Source of the DNA: Verrucomicrobiota bacterium
GTDB taxonomy: Bacteria > Verrucomicrobiota > Verrucomicrobiia > Limisphaerales > JAEYXS01
Length of the DNA: 28,905 bases
Direction: 5' to 3'
Assembly (NCBI GenBank): GCA_021156225.1
Contig: JAJNBN010000001.1
Location: 1-28,905 of the forward strand
Shown in pieces: positions 6,076-13,302 of this stretch; positions within the stretch are counted from its first letter, which is position 1, and each line of letters opens with the position of its first letter. The notes under the pieces are model-generated. The model was not told the origin of the DNA, searched no databases, and saw only the letters and a list, made by a program, of their open reading frames with translations. A program made the translations under genes and the position numbers.

Positions 6076-8445
6076 ATGGGCAAACGGCCGGAACCGAAAC
6101 CAATTTTATTCGCTGACCTCAAGCTGAAGGCCGCCTCCGCGCAAACCGCGTCCTTCACCACCAAGGCCGGCCGCATCGAACTCTCCGTCCTCGCCCCTGA
6201 CCTCATCCGCCTCCGCGCCACGCGTAGCAAATCTTTCAACGAAGGTTCCTTTGCCGTCGTCGAGCAGTCTCGCCCCGCTGTCGCCACAAACATCAAAGAG
6301 CGCAAGCAACACGTCGAACTCAGCACCGAACAGTTCCGCTTTCGCCTCGATAAAGCTCGTGGCACCTGGCACATCACCGATGCCAAAGGCTGGTTGATCC
6401 TCGAAAGCAAGAACGCCATCGAGCACAGCAAGAAAACCGGCTTCACCGTTCGACTCGGCCTGGAGAAAAAAGAGTCCATCATGGGCCTCGGTGAATGCAC
6501 CGGGCCGCTCAACAAACGTGGTCTCATCCGCGATTTCTGGAACATCGATGTCCTCGGCCACGCCTCCTGCATGCACCCGGCCTTGCGCAGCCTCTACATC
6601 GCCATCCCCTTCGGCATCGGCTGGCGACAAGGCCGCGCCTTCGGCATCTTCTGGGATAACCCGGGACGCCAATCCTGGGACCTCGGCTGCACCACCGATG
6701 ACGTTTGGAAGATGACCGCCACCACCGGCGATGTTGACCTCTACATCTTTCTCGGCCCCGCCCTGCCCCAGATTGTCTCCCGCTTCAGCGAACTCACCGG
6801 GCGCATGCCTCTGCCGCCCAAGTGGTCCCTCGGCTATCACCAGTCGCGTTACGGTTATCCCTCGCGCAAGCGCATCGAGGAAGTCGCCCGCACCTTGCGC
6901 CGTAAACAGATCCCGTGCGATTGCATCCATCTGGACATCCCGCACATGGACGCCTACCGCGTCTTCACCTTCGGCAAGACGTTTCCGAAGCCCGGCGAGA
7001 TGATCCGCCAGCTTGCCATCAAAGGCTTCAAACTCACCGCCATCCTCGATCCCGGCGTGAAGATTGATCGCAAGTTTCCCGTCTATCAAAGCGGCCGTCG
7101 CTTCGATGCCTTCGTGAAAGATGCGCTCGGCAAAGACGTCGTGGGCCAAGTGTGGCCCGGCAAATCCGTCTTCCCCGATTTCTTCCAGCTCGATGTCCGC
7201 AATTGGTGGGGCGATGAGCAGGCCGCCCTCAGCCGCCTCGGCATCCTGGGCCTGTGGAATGACATGAGCGAACCCGCCGCCTTCGATCTGCCCGGAAAAA
7301 CTCTGCCCTGCAATGCCAAGCATCACACCACGTTCGGCGTAAAGACACACGCGGAAGTCCACAACGCCTACGGCCAGTGCATGACCCACGCCACCTATGA
7401 TGGCATGCTCGCCGCCGCACCGGATCGACGCCCCTTCGTGCTGAGCCGCGGTGGTTACGCCGGGATCCAGCGCTACGCCGCCATCTCCACCGGTGACAAC
7501 AGTTCCACTTGGGAAAACCTCACCGAGACGATTCCCATGCTGCTCAATCTCAGCCTCAGCGGCGTGCCTAACTGCGGCGCCGATGTCGGCGGCTTCCTCG
7601 AGAATGCTTCCGGCGAAATCCTCACCCGCTGGATTCAGCTCGCCACGTTCACACCGTATTTCCGCAACCACACGAATAACGAATCTCGTGATCAAGAGCC
7701 TTGGGCTTTTGGCCCTGAGGTAGAAGGCATCTGTCGCCGCTACATACAGTTGCGCTATCAACTGCTCCCGTATCTCTACTGCCTCTTCGCCGAAGCGCGT
7801 GAAACCGGCGCGCCCATCATGCGTCCGCTCGCGTGGCATCATCCGCAAGACGCGATCGCCTCAAGCTGCGGGGATCAATTCCTGCTGGGTGAAAATGTTC
7901 TCGTCGCGCCCATCATGCAACCCGCTGGCGTGGCCCGCAGCGTCTATCTGCCGCGCGGCACCTGGTTCAACTTCTGGAACGGTGAAGCCTTCGATGGCGG
8001 CCAGCACATTCTCGTGCAAGCCCCGCTCGACATGCTCCCCGTCTTCGTCCGCGCCGGAACCATCCTGCCCTTCGGCCCCGTGCAACAATACGTCGGCGAA
8101 GTGGCCGAACCCGCTCAAGTCCTCCACATCTGGCCCGGTGGCCATGGCGTGCTGGAATGGTATGAAGACGACGGCGTCTCCAACGAGTATCTCACCGGCC
8201 AATTCAGCCGTCGCCGCATCGAAACCAAACCCGTTGGCGAACAAACTGAAATCATCATCGGTGCCAGCGAAGGCGATTTCCCAAGCCCGCACCAAGCCTG
8301 GCGCATCATGCTCCATCAGCAGGACAAGAAACCGAAGCTGACCATCAACGGCCGCAGCTTCACTCCGCATCACGAGAAAGAATGGGGACTGGCAATCATT
8401 GACCTGCCGGTGGTAAAGCAAGAAATCAGGATGCGTGTAAGGTAA
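6076..8445 (+). CDS. Glycoside hydrolase family 31 (alpha-glucosidase/xylosidase-like), probably cytoplasmic
   Basis: GLGE, PLPPKWSLGYHQSR, DPG, GQVWPG, LWNDMSEP (nucleophile Asp), HNAYG, RPFVLSR, TGD (acid/base), GADVGGF, RWIQLA and DQFLLG. Start moved from 5932 to ATG 6076. No signal peptide. Confidence 0.93.
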   Translation: MGKRPEPKPILFADLKLKAASAQTASFTTKAGRIELSVLAPDLIRLRATRSKSFNEGSFAVVEQSRPAVATNIKERKQHVELSTEQFRFRLDKARGTWHITDAKGWLILESKNAIEHSKKTGFTVRLGLEKKESIMGLGECTGPLNKRGLIRDFWNIDVLGHASCMHPALRSLYIAIPFGIGWRQGRAFGIFWDNPGRQSWDLGCTTDDVWKMTATTGDVDLYIFLGPALPQIVSRFSELTGRMPLPPKWSLGYHQSRYGYPSRKRIEEVARTLRRKQIPCDCIHLDIPHMDAYRVFTFGKTFPKPGEMIRQLAIKGFKLTAILDPGVKIDRKFPVYQSGRRFDAFVKDALGKDVVGQVWPGKSVFPDFFQLDVRNWWGDEQAALSRLGILGLWNDMSEPAAFDLPGKTLPCNAKHHTTFGVKTHAEVHNAYGQCMTHATYDGMLAAAPDRRPFVLSRGGYAGIQRYAAISTGDNSSTWENLTETIPMLLNLSLSGVPNCGADVGGFLENASGEILTRWIQLATFTPYFRNHTNNESRDQEPWAFGPEVEGICRRYIQLRYQLLPYLYCLFAEARETGAPIMRPLAWHHPQDAIASSCGDQFLLGENVLVAPIMQPAGVARSVYLPRGTWFNFWNGEAFDGGQHILVQAPLDMLPVFVRAGTILPFGPVQQYVGEVAEPAQVLHIWPGGHGVLEWYEDDGVSNEYLTGQFSRRRIETKPVGEQTEIIIGASEGDFPSPHQAWRIMLHQQDKKPKLTINGRSFTPHHEKEWGLAIIDLPVVKQEIRMRVR

Positions 8446-8489
8446 GATACAGCGATGACAGTCGTCCGAAGCAATTGCCTGGTCTTAAA

Positions 8490-8819
8490 CTATTCTCGAG
8501 GCAGATAAGGCGCATCACGCGTTTTATCGTTCACTTGGACGTGAAAGGCGGTGAAACCCTGCCTTACATGAACAAATCGTATGAGCCACATACGGGTCTG
8601 GCTATCATAACGGACATCCTTCAGTTTGTATTCCTCCATCCGTCTCCCGTGCTTTTTAGCCGTTTCGGCTGCGACTTGCACTGCCTCTGATTCCTTAAGT
8701 TGCGGCCCGGGTAAAGCACTTTGGACACGAGAGCGATTCAAACCCGAGTGCTGGCAGCCAACACAAAGCACCATTATATCTAAAAGAAAAATTCCCAGCA
8801 CGGAAAGGAGCTTGTGCAT
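8490..8819 (-). CDS. Small hypothetical protein, probable lipoprotein
   Basis: MHKLLSVLGIFLLDIMVLCVG|C is lipobox-like (an Asp in the h-region is atypical). Then one helix and a beta-hairpin pattern (YDSQTRMWLIRF, FHVQVNDKT). TTGACT-18-TACCGT lies 5 nt before ATG 8819. Confidence 0.6.
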   Translation of the reverse strand: MHKLLSVLGIFLLDIMVLCVGCQHSGLNRSRVQSALPGPQLKESEAVQVAAETAKKHGRRMEEYKLKDVRYDSQTRMWLIRFVHVRQGFTAFHVQVNDKTRDAPYLPRE

Positions 8820-8940
8820 AGCAGACGGTAAGTTTGGCACGATGATTCAGTCAAACCGAAAGGCGAATGTGGTGACTTTGCTAAACCCAGCATCTTGATA
8901 AAAAGCGTGCAGCCACGCCCCGTTTCTGTCTAATGAGGGC

Positions 8941-9420
8941 ATGGATGCTTTGTTGAAGTTGTTACATGAGAACGCGGCCCTGAAGCCGGCGCAGTTGTCG
9001 GCCATGCTCAACCAGCCGGAGGCGGATATCACCGCCAAGATCCGCGCCTATGAAGAGGATGAGGTCATCCTCGGCTACCGCACCATCCTCAATGAGGAAA
9101 AGCTGGGTGTGAACATCGTCCGTGCGGTCATCGAGGTGAAGATCACCCCCGAGCGCGAAGGCGGCTTCGACCGCATCGCCCAGCGCATCGCCAAGTATGA
9201 CGAGGTGCGCTCCTGCTACCTCATGTCCGGCGGTTACGACCTGCTGGTCATCGTGGAAGGCGAAGACCTCCGCGAAGTCGCCCGCTTCGTCTCCGAGAAG
9301 CTCGCCACCATCCAAGGCGTCCTCTCCACCGGCACCCACTTCATGCTCAAGCCCTACAAGGAACAAGGCGTGCTCATGAAGAAAGAACGCAACGAAGAGC
9401 GTCTGGCTGTCTCCCCGTAA
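8941..9420 (+). CDS. Lrp/AsnC family transcriptional regulator (resembles the Bacillus YugG/AlaR subfamily)
   Basis: N-terminal HTH. The C-terminal domain IEVKITPER.GFDRIAQRI, YLMSGGYDL, FVSEKLAT, THFMLKPYK and terminal RLAVSP match the subfamily as I recall it. Confidence 0.92.
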   Translation: MDALLKLLHENAALKPAQLSAMLNQPEADITAKIRAYEEDEVILGYRTILNEEKLGVNIVRAVIEVKITPEREGGFDRIAQRIAKYDEVRSCYLMSGGYDLLVIVEGEDLREVARFVSEKLATIQGVLSTGTHFMLKPYKEQGVLMKKERNEERLAVSP

Positions 9421-9443
9421 TCCTTCCCGACATTTTAAGAACG

Positions 9444-9472
9444 AAGGCCGCAACACATGTTGCGGCCTTTTC
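9444..9472 (+). terminator. Rho-independent terminator after the Lrp gene
   Basis: AAGGCCGCAAC-acat-GTTGCGGCCTT followed by further T residues. Confidence 0.8.
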
Positions 9473-9524
9473 CATTTCGTCAGGCGTGCATTTCAGCAAT
9501 GCACCAGATATCATGTGGCCATCA

Positions 9525-10400
9525 ATGAAAACCCATCGCGCCGCACTCTGTCTCGGACTCCTCGCGTCCCTCTGGTTTTCCTCCGCAGAAGCCGCGGAAC
9601 CGCGCACCCTGCGCGATATCGAGTATGCCCGTGTAACCGACAAACCGCTGCTCCTCGATCTCTATCTCCCCGCGCCCACCAACACAGCTCTACCTCTGCT
9701 AATCTACGTCCACGGCGGCGCCTGGCGCTCCGGCACCAAGAACGACGTGCCCATTCTTCCGCTGCTCGAAAATGGATACGCCATCGCCAGTGTAGAATAC
9801 CGGCTCACTCCCGAGGCACCTTTTCCGGCCAATATCCACGACCTAAAAGCATCCATCCGCTATCTGCGCGCCAAGGCTGGCGAGCATGGCTATGACCCGA
9901 AACGTTTTATCATTGTCGGCTCTTCCGCTGGCGGACATCTCGCTGCCCTCGTCGGCGTGAGCAACGGACATAAAGAGTTGGAAGGCAAGGTCGGCAAGTT
10001 TCTGGATCAATCCTCCGATGTGCAGGCCATCGTGAGCTTTTACGGTGCCGCCAATCTCCAGACCATTCTAAAACAATCCACTTCGCGCGGTCTTGAAGTG
10101 CGCGTGCCCGCCCTGCAACTGCTGCTCGGCGGTCAGCCCGATGAAAAACCCGACCTCGCCAAACTCGCCAGCCCCGTCGCACAAGTCGATAAGAACGACC
10201 CGCCACTGCTGCTCATCCATGGCGATAAAGACCCGCAAATGCCCATCGAACAGTCCTACGAGCTGCAAGCCGCCTACGAGAAACTCAAACTACCGGTGCA
10301 GTTTGAGATAATCCACGGCGGTCTCCATGGTGGAAAAGAGTTCTACGACAAGCAGCGCATGGACTTGGTGGATCAATTCCTCAAAAAGCATCTGCGCTAA
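9525..10400 (+). CDS. Alpha/beta hydrolase (BD-FAE / carboxylesterase-like), exported
   Basis: Signal peptide, LLLDLYLP, HGGAW oxyanion motif, GSSAGGHL nucleophile elbow, LLIHGDKD and terminal His (GGLHGG). GTGCAT-17-TATCAT upstream favours ATG 9525. Confidence 0.9.
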   Translation: MKTHRAALCLGLLASLWFSSAEAAEPRTLRDIEYARVTDKPLLLDLYLPAPTNTALPLLIYVHGGAWRSGTKNDVPILPLLENGYAIASVEYRLTPEAPFPANIHDLKASIRYLRAKAGEHGYDPKRFIIVGSSAGGHLAALVGVSNGHKELEGKVGKFLDQSSDVQAIVSFYGAANLQTILKQSTSRGLEVRVPALQLLLGGQPDEKPDLAKLASPVAQVDKNDPPLLLIHGDKDPQMPIEQSYELQAAYEKLKLPVQFEIIHGGLHGGKEFYDKQRMDLVDQFLKKHLR

Positions 10401-10420
10401 CGGAAAAACAGGCGCTCCGT

Positions 10421-11938
10421 TCAGCGTCCATCGTTATAACCCTTGGTCTTATCTTCCTGCCGTGGCGTCAACGGCGGTGGTGTGATACCCGCATCGCGCA
10501 TCACCTGATGGATTGCTGTGATGGTTTCCGCTGAAGGTTTGAAATTTCCCGGCCGATATCCCTCGGCGATGAGCAACGGCGACCAGCCGTGCTTGTTTTT
10601 CTGACTCCAGATTTCCGGCTTGGCACCTTTGGCCGCCAGCAGTTGCACCATCTTGGGCAGGCTCTTGTAGGCCGCGCCATGCATGGCCGTCTCCCCGCTT
10701 TTATCCACCGTGTCCACTACCGCCCCGAGCGAAAGCAGATAACCAACGGCCTCCAGGCACTCGGCCTCAGTTCCCGCCTCTTCCGTCGGTGCCAGACACC
10801 CAAAGCCCGCCGCTGCCATCAACGGCGTCGTGCCTTCCTTGTTCGGCAGCAGCGGATCAGCCCCCAGTTCCACCAGCAATTTCATGAGCGGCACATCCGC
10901 CGTCTTGGCCGCCATGAGAAAAGGTGTCGCTCCAAATGTGCTCAATCTACCTTTGCCCGTTGAGCCTTTCTCAAGCTGCGCATTCACCTTGGCTCCCGCA
11001 GCCACGAGTTGTCGCACAAACTCCAGGCTCGTCAATTTCCCGGAACCTTGTGGTGGTGGTTGACCGGAATCATCATCGCCACGATTCGGCTTACGCACCC
11101 ATGTGATCATATGCAATGGGGCGAAACCAGAGCGCTCGTCATTCGGATTGGCCCCCGCCTTGATCAATTCCATCGCCAGCTCGAAATGGCCGTTTTCAAC
11201 CGCCAGAATCAAAGCGCTCGTGCCATTGCCCGGGGCACGGCTGTTCGCCTTCCTCTCGGTCTCGATGGACTCATTCGCATCAATGCCCGCTTTGAGCAAG
11301 ACACGAACCACCTCGGCGCGCCCATCGCGCACCGCAAACAACATCGGCGTGAACCCCGACTTCAACCGAGCGCGCGGATCAGCACCCGCTTTGATTAGCG
11401 CCTCCACAACCACCGCATGCCCCTCCGCAGCCGCCCACATCAGTGGCGTCTGCCCTTTGCGATCCGTCGCATCCACTTTCGCGCCACGTTCGAGCAAAGC
11501 CTTCACCGGTCCAACACGGCCCGTGCGTGCTGCCGTGTGCAAAACCGTTTCCCCACCCAGCAACACCGTATTGGCATCCGAACCCGCTTTGAGCAAAGCC
11601 CGCACGATTTCCTCATGGCCATTCACACACGCGAGGCTCAATGGTGTGACACCATAACGATTCGTCGCGCCAGCATTTGCACCCGCGGACAGCAACGCTT
11701 GGACGCTGGCTATGTTCTCGTGTTGTGCTGCCCAATGCAGTGCGGTCATGCCATCCGCTTGCGCGGCCTTCGCATCCGCCTTCTCCTTCAGGAGGGATTG
11801 CAACCGGCTCCATTCCGCACGCTCTGCCGCGTCGGCCATGGGTGCCGAGGCAGTGAATGCCGTTTGAATACCTGCCAGCAGCAGCATCCCTGCAAAAATC
11901 GTCCGCAAAGTCCGGCGACTGGTTTCAACTCGTGTCAT
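10421..11938 (-). CDS. Exported ankyrin-repeat protein
   Basis: Repeated ANK motifs (GMTALHWAA, GVTPLSLAC, GETVLHTAA, GQTPLMWAA, GFTPMLFAV, GTSALILAV, GATPFLMAA, GTTPLMAAA, GETAMHGAA) after a signal-like N-terminus. Start is ATG 11938 or TTG 11956, which overlaps the upstream stop. Confidence 0.92.
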   Translation of the reverse strand: MTRVETSRRTLRTIFAGMLLLAGIQTAFTASAPMADAAERAEWSRLQSLLKEKADAKAAQADGMTALHWAAQHENIASVQALLSAGANAGATNRYGVTPLSLACVNGHEEIVRALLKAGSDANTVLLGGETVLHTAARTGRVGPVKALLERGAKVDATDRKGQTPLMWAAAEGHAVVVEALIKAGADPRARLKSGFTPMLFAVRDGRAEVVRVLLKAGIDANESIETERKANSRAPGNGTSALILAVENGHFELAMELIKAGANPNDERSGFAPLHMITWVRKPNRGDDDSGQPPPQGSGKLTSLEFVRQLVAAGAKVNAQLEKGSTGKGRLSTFGATPFLMAAKTADVPLMKLLVELGADPLLPNKEGTTPLMAAAGFGCLAPTEEAGTEAECLEAVGYLLSLGAVVDTVDKSGETAMHGAAYKSLPKMVQLLAAKGAKPEIWSQKNKHGWSPLLIAEGYRPGNFKPSAETITAIHQVMRDAGITPPPLTPRQEDKTKGYNDGR

Positions 11939-11952
11939 TGCGTGAGTAGAAA

Positions 11953-13302
11953 TCAAATGCCCAACGGTTCGAACAATTCATCCACCTTGCCCGTGCTGTC
12001 GGCGAACTTGTCGATCCGCACACCCGCCTTGTCGAGCATCGTCAGATGCAGATTCGCCAGCGGCGTCGGTTTCTCATAGCGGATGTGTCGTCCGCCCTTC
12101 ATGCCACCGGCCGCGCCGCCCGCCACCAACACCGGCAGGTTCACATGATCGTGCACATTCGGATTACCCATGCCGCTGCCATACAGGAGCAGGGAATGAT
12201 CGAGCAATGTCCCGGCCCCATCCGTAGTCGCTTTCAGTTTGCCGAGGAACTCGGCGAAGAGGGACACATGATACTGGTTGATCTTCGCCATGCGCGCGAT
12301 CTTCTCGGGATCATTGCCGTGATGGGACAGCGGATGATGCGGGTCCGCCACGCCGATCTCTGGATACGAGCGGTTGCTGGTCTCGCGCGCGAGCTGGAAG
12401 GTGATGACCCGCGTGACATCGCCTTGCATGGCGAGCACCTGCAAATCGAACATCAGCCGCGCGTGGTCTGCATAAGCCGCGGGCACGCCAGTAGGCCGGT
12501 CCAGATCAGGCAAAGGATTGTCCTTCACATCCGTCTCCGCTTTCTGAATGCGCCGCTCCACTTCGCGTACGCTATCTAAGTAATGACTGACCTTCTCCCG
12601 ATCCGAGGGCCCCAGCGAACGCTCCAACCGCGCGATATCGTCCTTCACGAAATCCAGGAGACTCGCGCGCTTGCGCAAGGCCGCCTGCCGTTCCGCCTTG
12701 CTGCCGCCCTCACCGAACAACATCTCGAACACAATTCGTGGATGCGCTTCTGCCGGCAGCGGCGTGGTGGGCGAGGACCAGGAAAGATTGTTCTGATACA
12801 CGCAGGCGTAGCCGTTATCGCATTGGCCTACCGTCTGCATCATGTCCATCGCCAGTTCGAGCGAAGGCAATTGCGTGCCCTTGCCGATGTTTTGCGCCGC
12901 GATCTGGTCCACCGTGGTGCCCAGATAATAGTCGTTGCTCTCCGTGTGCTTCGCCCGGGCCGCACTGAGGAAGGCGGCATTCGAAGTCGCATGCGTGCCC
13001 GGATACGCGTTTTGTAATTCCAGATTCGTGATGACCGTCACGTGCTCCTTCACCGGCTTGAGCGAACTGAGGATGAAGGAGAGTTCGTCCAGCTTGCCTT
13101 TGCCCGGTGGCGTCCAGCGTGGCAGGTCTGCGCCCATGGGCATGAAGATATAACCTAGTCGTCGCACCGGTGCTGCCGCTGTCTTGGCCTGCGCGGTCAG
13201 CGCGGGAACCATGGCGTCGAGTAATGGCAGCGCGAGCGTGGCGCCGATGCCGCGCAGAAAAGTGCGGCGCGGCAACGCAGTGCGGGTGGTGAACGTGCTC
13301 AT
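11953..13302 (-). CDS. DUF1552 (HXXSHH) domain protein, Tat-like signal
   Basis: RRTFLRGIGATLALPLLDAM N-terminus, SIDQ-like TTVDQIAA, LPSLEL, CDNGYACVY, HHPLSHH (HxxSHH), LLDHSLLLYGSGMG and H..LP. Confidence 0.9.
   Translation of the reverse strand: MSTFTTRTALPRRTFLRGIGATLALPLLDAMVPALTAQAKTAAAPVRRLGYIFMPMGADLPRWTPPGKGKLDELSFILSSLKPVKEHVTVITNLELQNAYPGTHATSNAAFLSAARAKHTESNDYYLGTTVDQIAAQNIGKGTQLPSLELAMDMMQTVGQCDNGYACVYQNNLSWSSPTTPLPAEAHPRIVFEMLFGEGGSKAERQAALRKRASLLDFVKDDIARLERSLGPSDREKVSHYLDSVREVERRIQKAETDVKDNPLPDLDRPTGVPAAYADHARLMFDLQVLAMQGDVTRVITFQLARETSNRSYPEIGVADPHHPLSHHGNDPEKIARMAKINQYHVSLFAEFLGKLKATTDGAGTLLDHSLLLYGSGMGNPNVHDHVNLPVLVAGGAAGGMKGGRHIRYEKPTPLANLHLTMLDKAGVRIDKFADSTGKVDELFEPLGI

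Noticed and set aside
6106-7848. 580-aa antisense ORF over GH31 (likewise 2095-3255, 4176-5114, 20699-21544 and others)
   Set aside because: Same shadow-frame artefact. The sense genes carry full family motifs and these ORFs carry none.
10421-11938. Ankyrin protein as a eukaryote-like host effector
   Set aside because: It is translationally coupled to DUF1552/DUF1592 and has a Sec-like signal. No secretion system or effector signal is evident.
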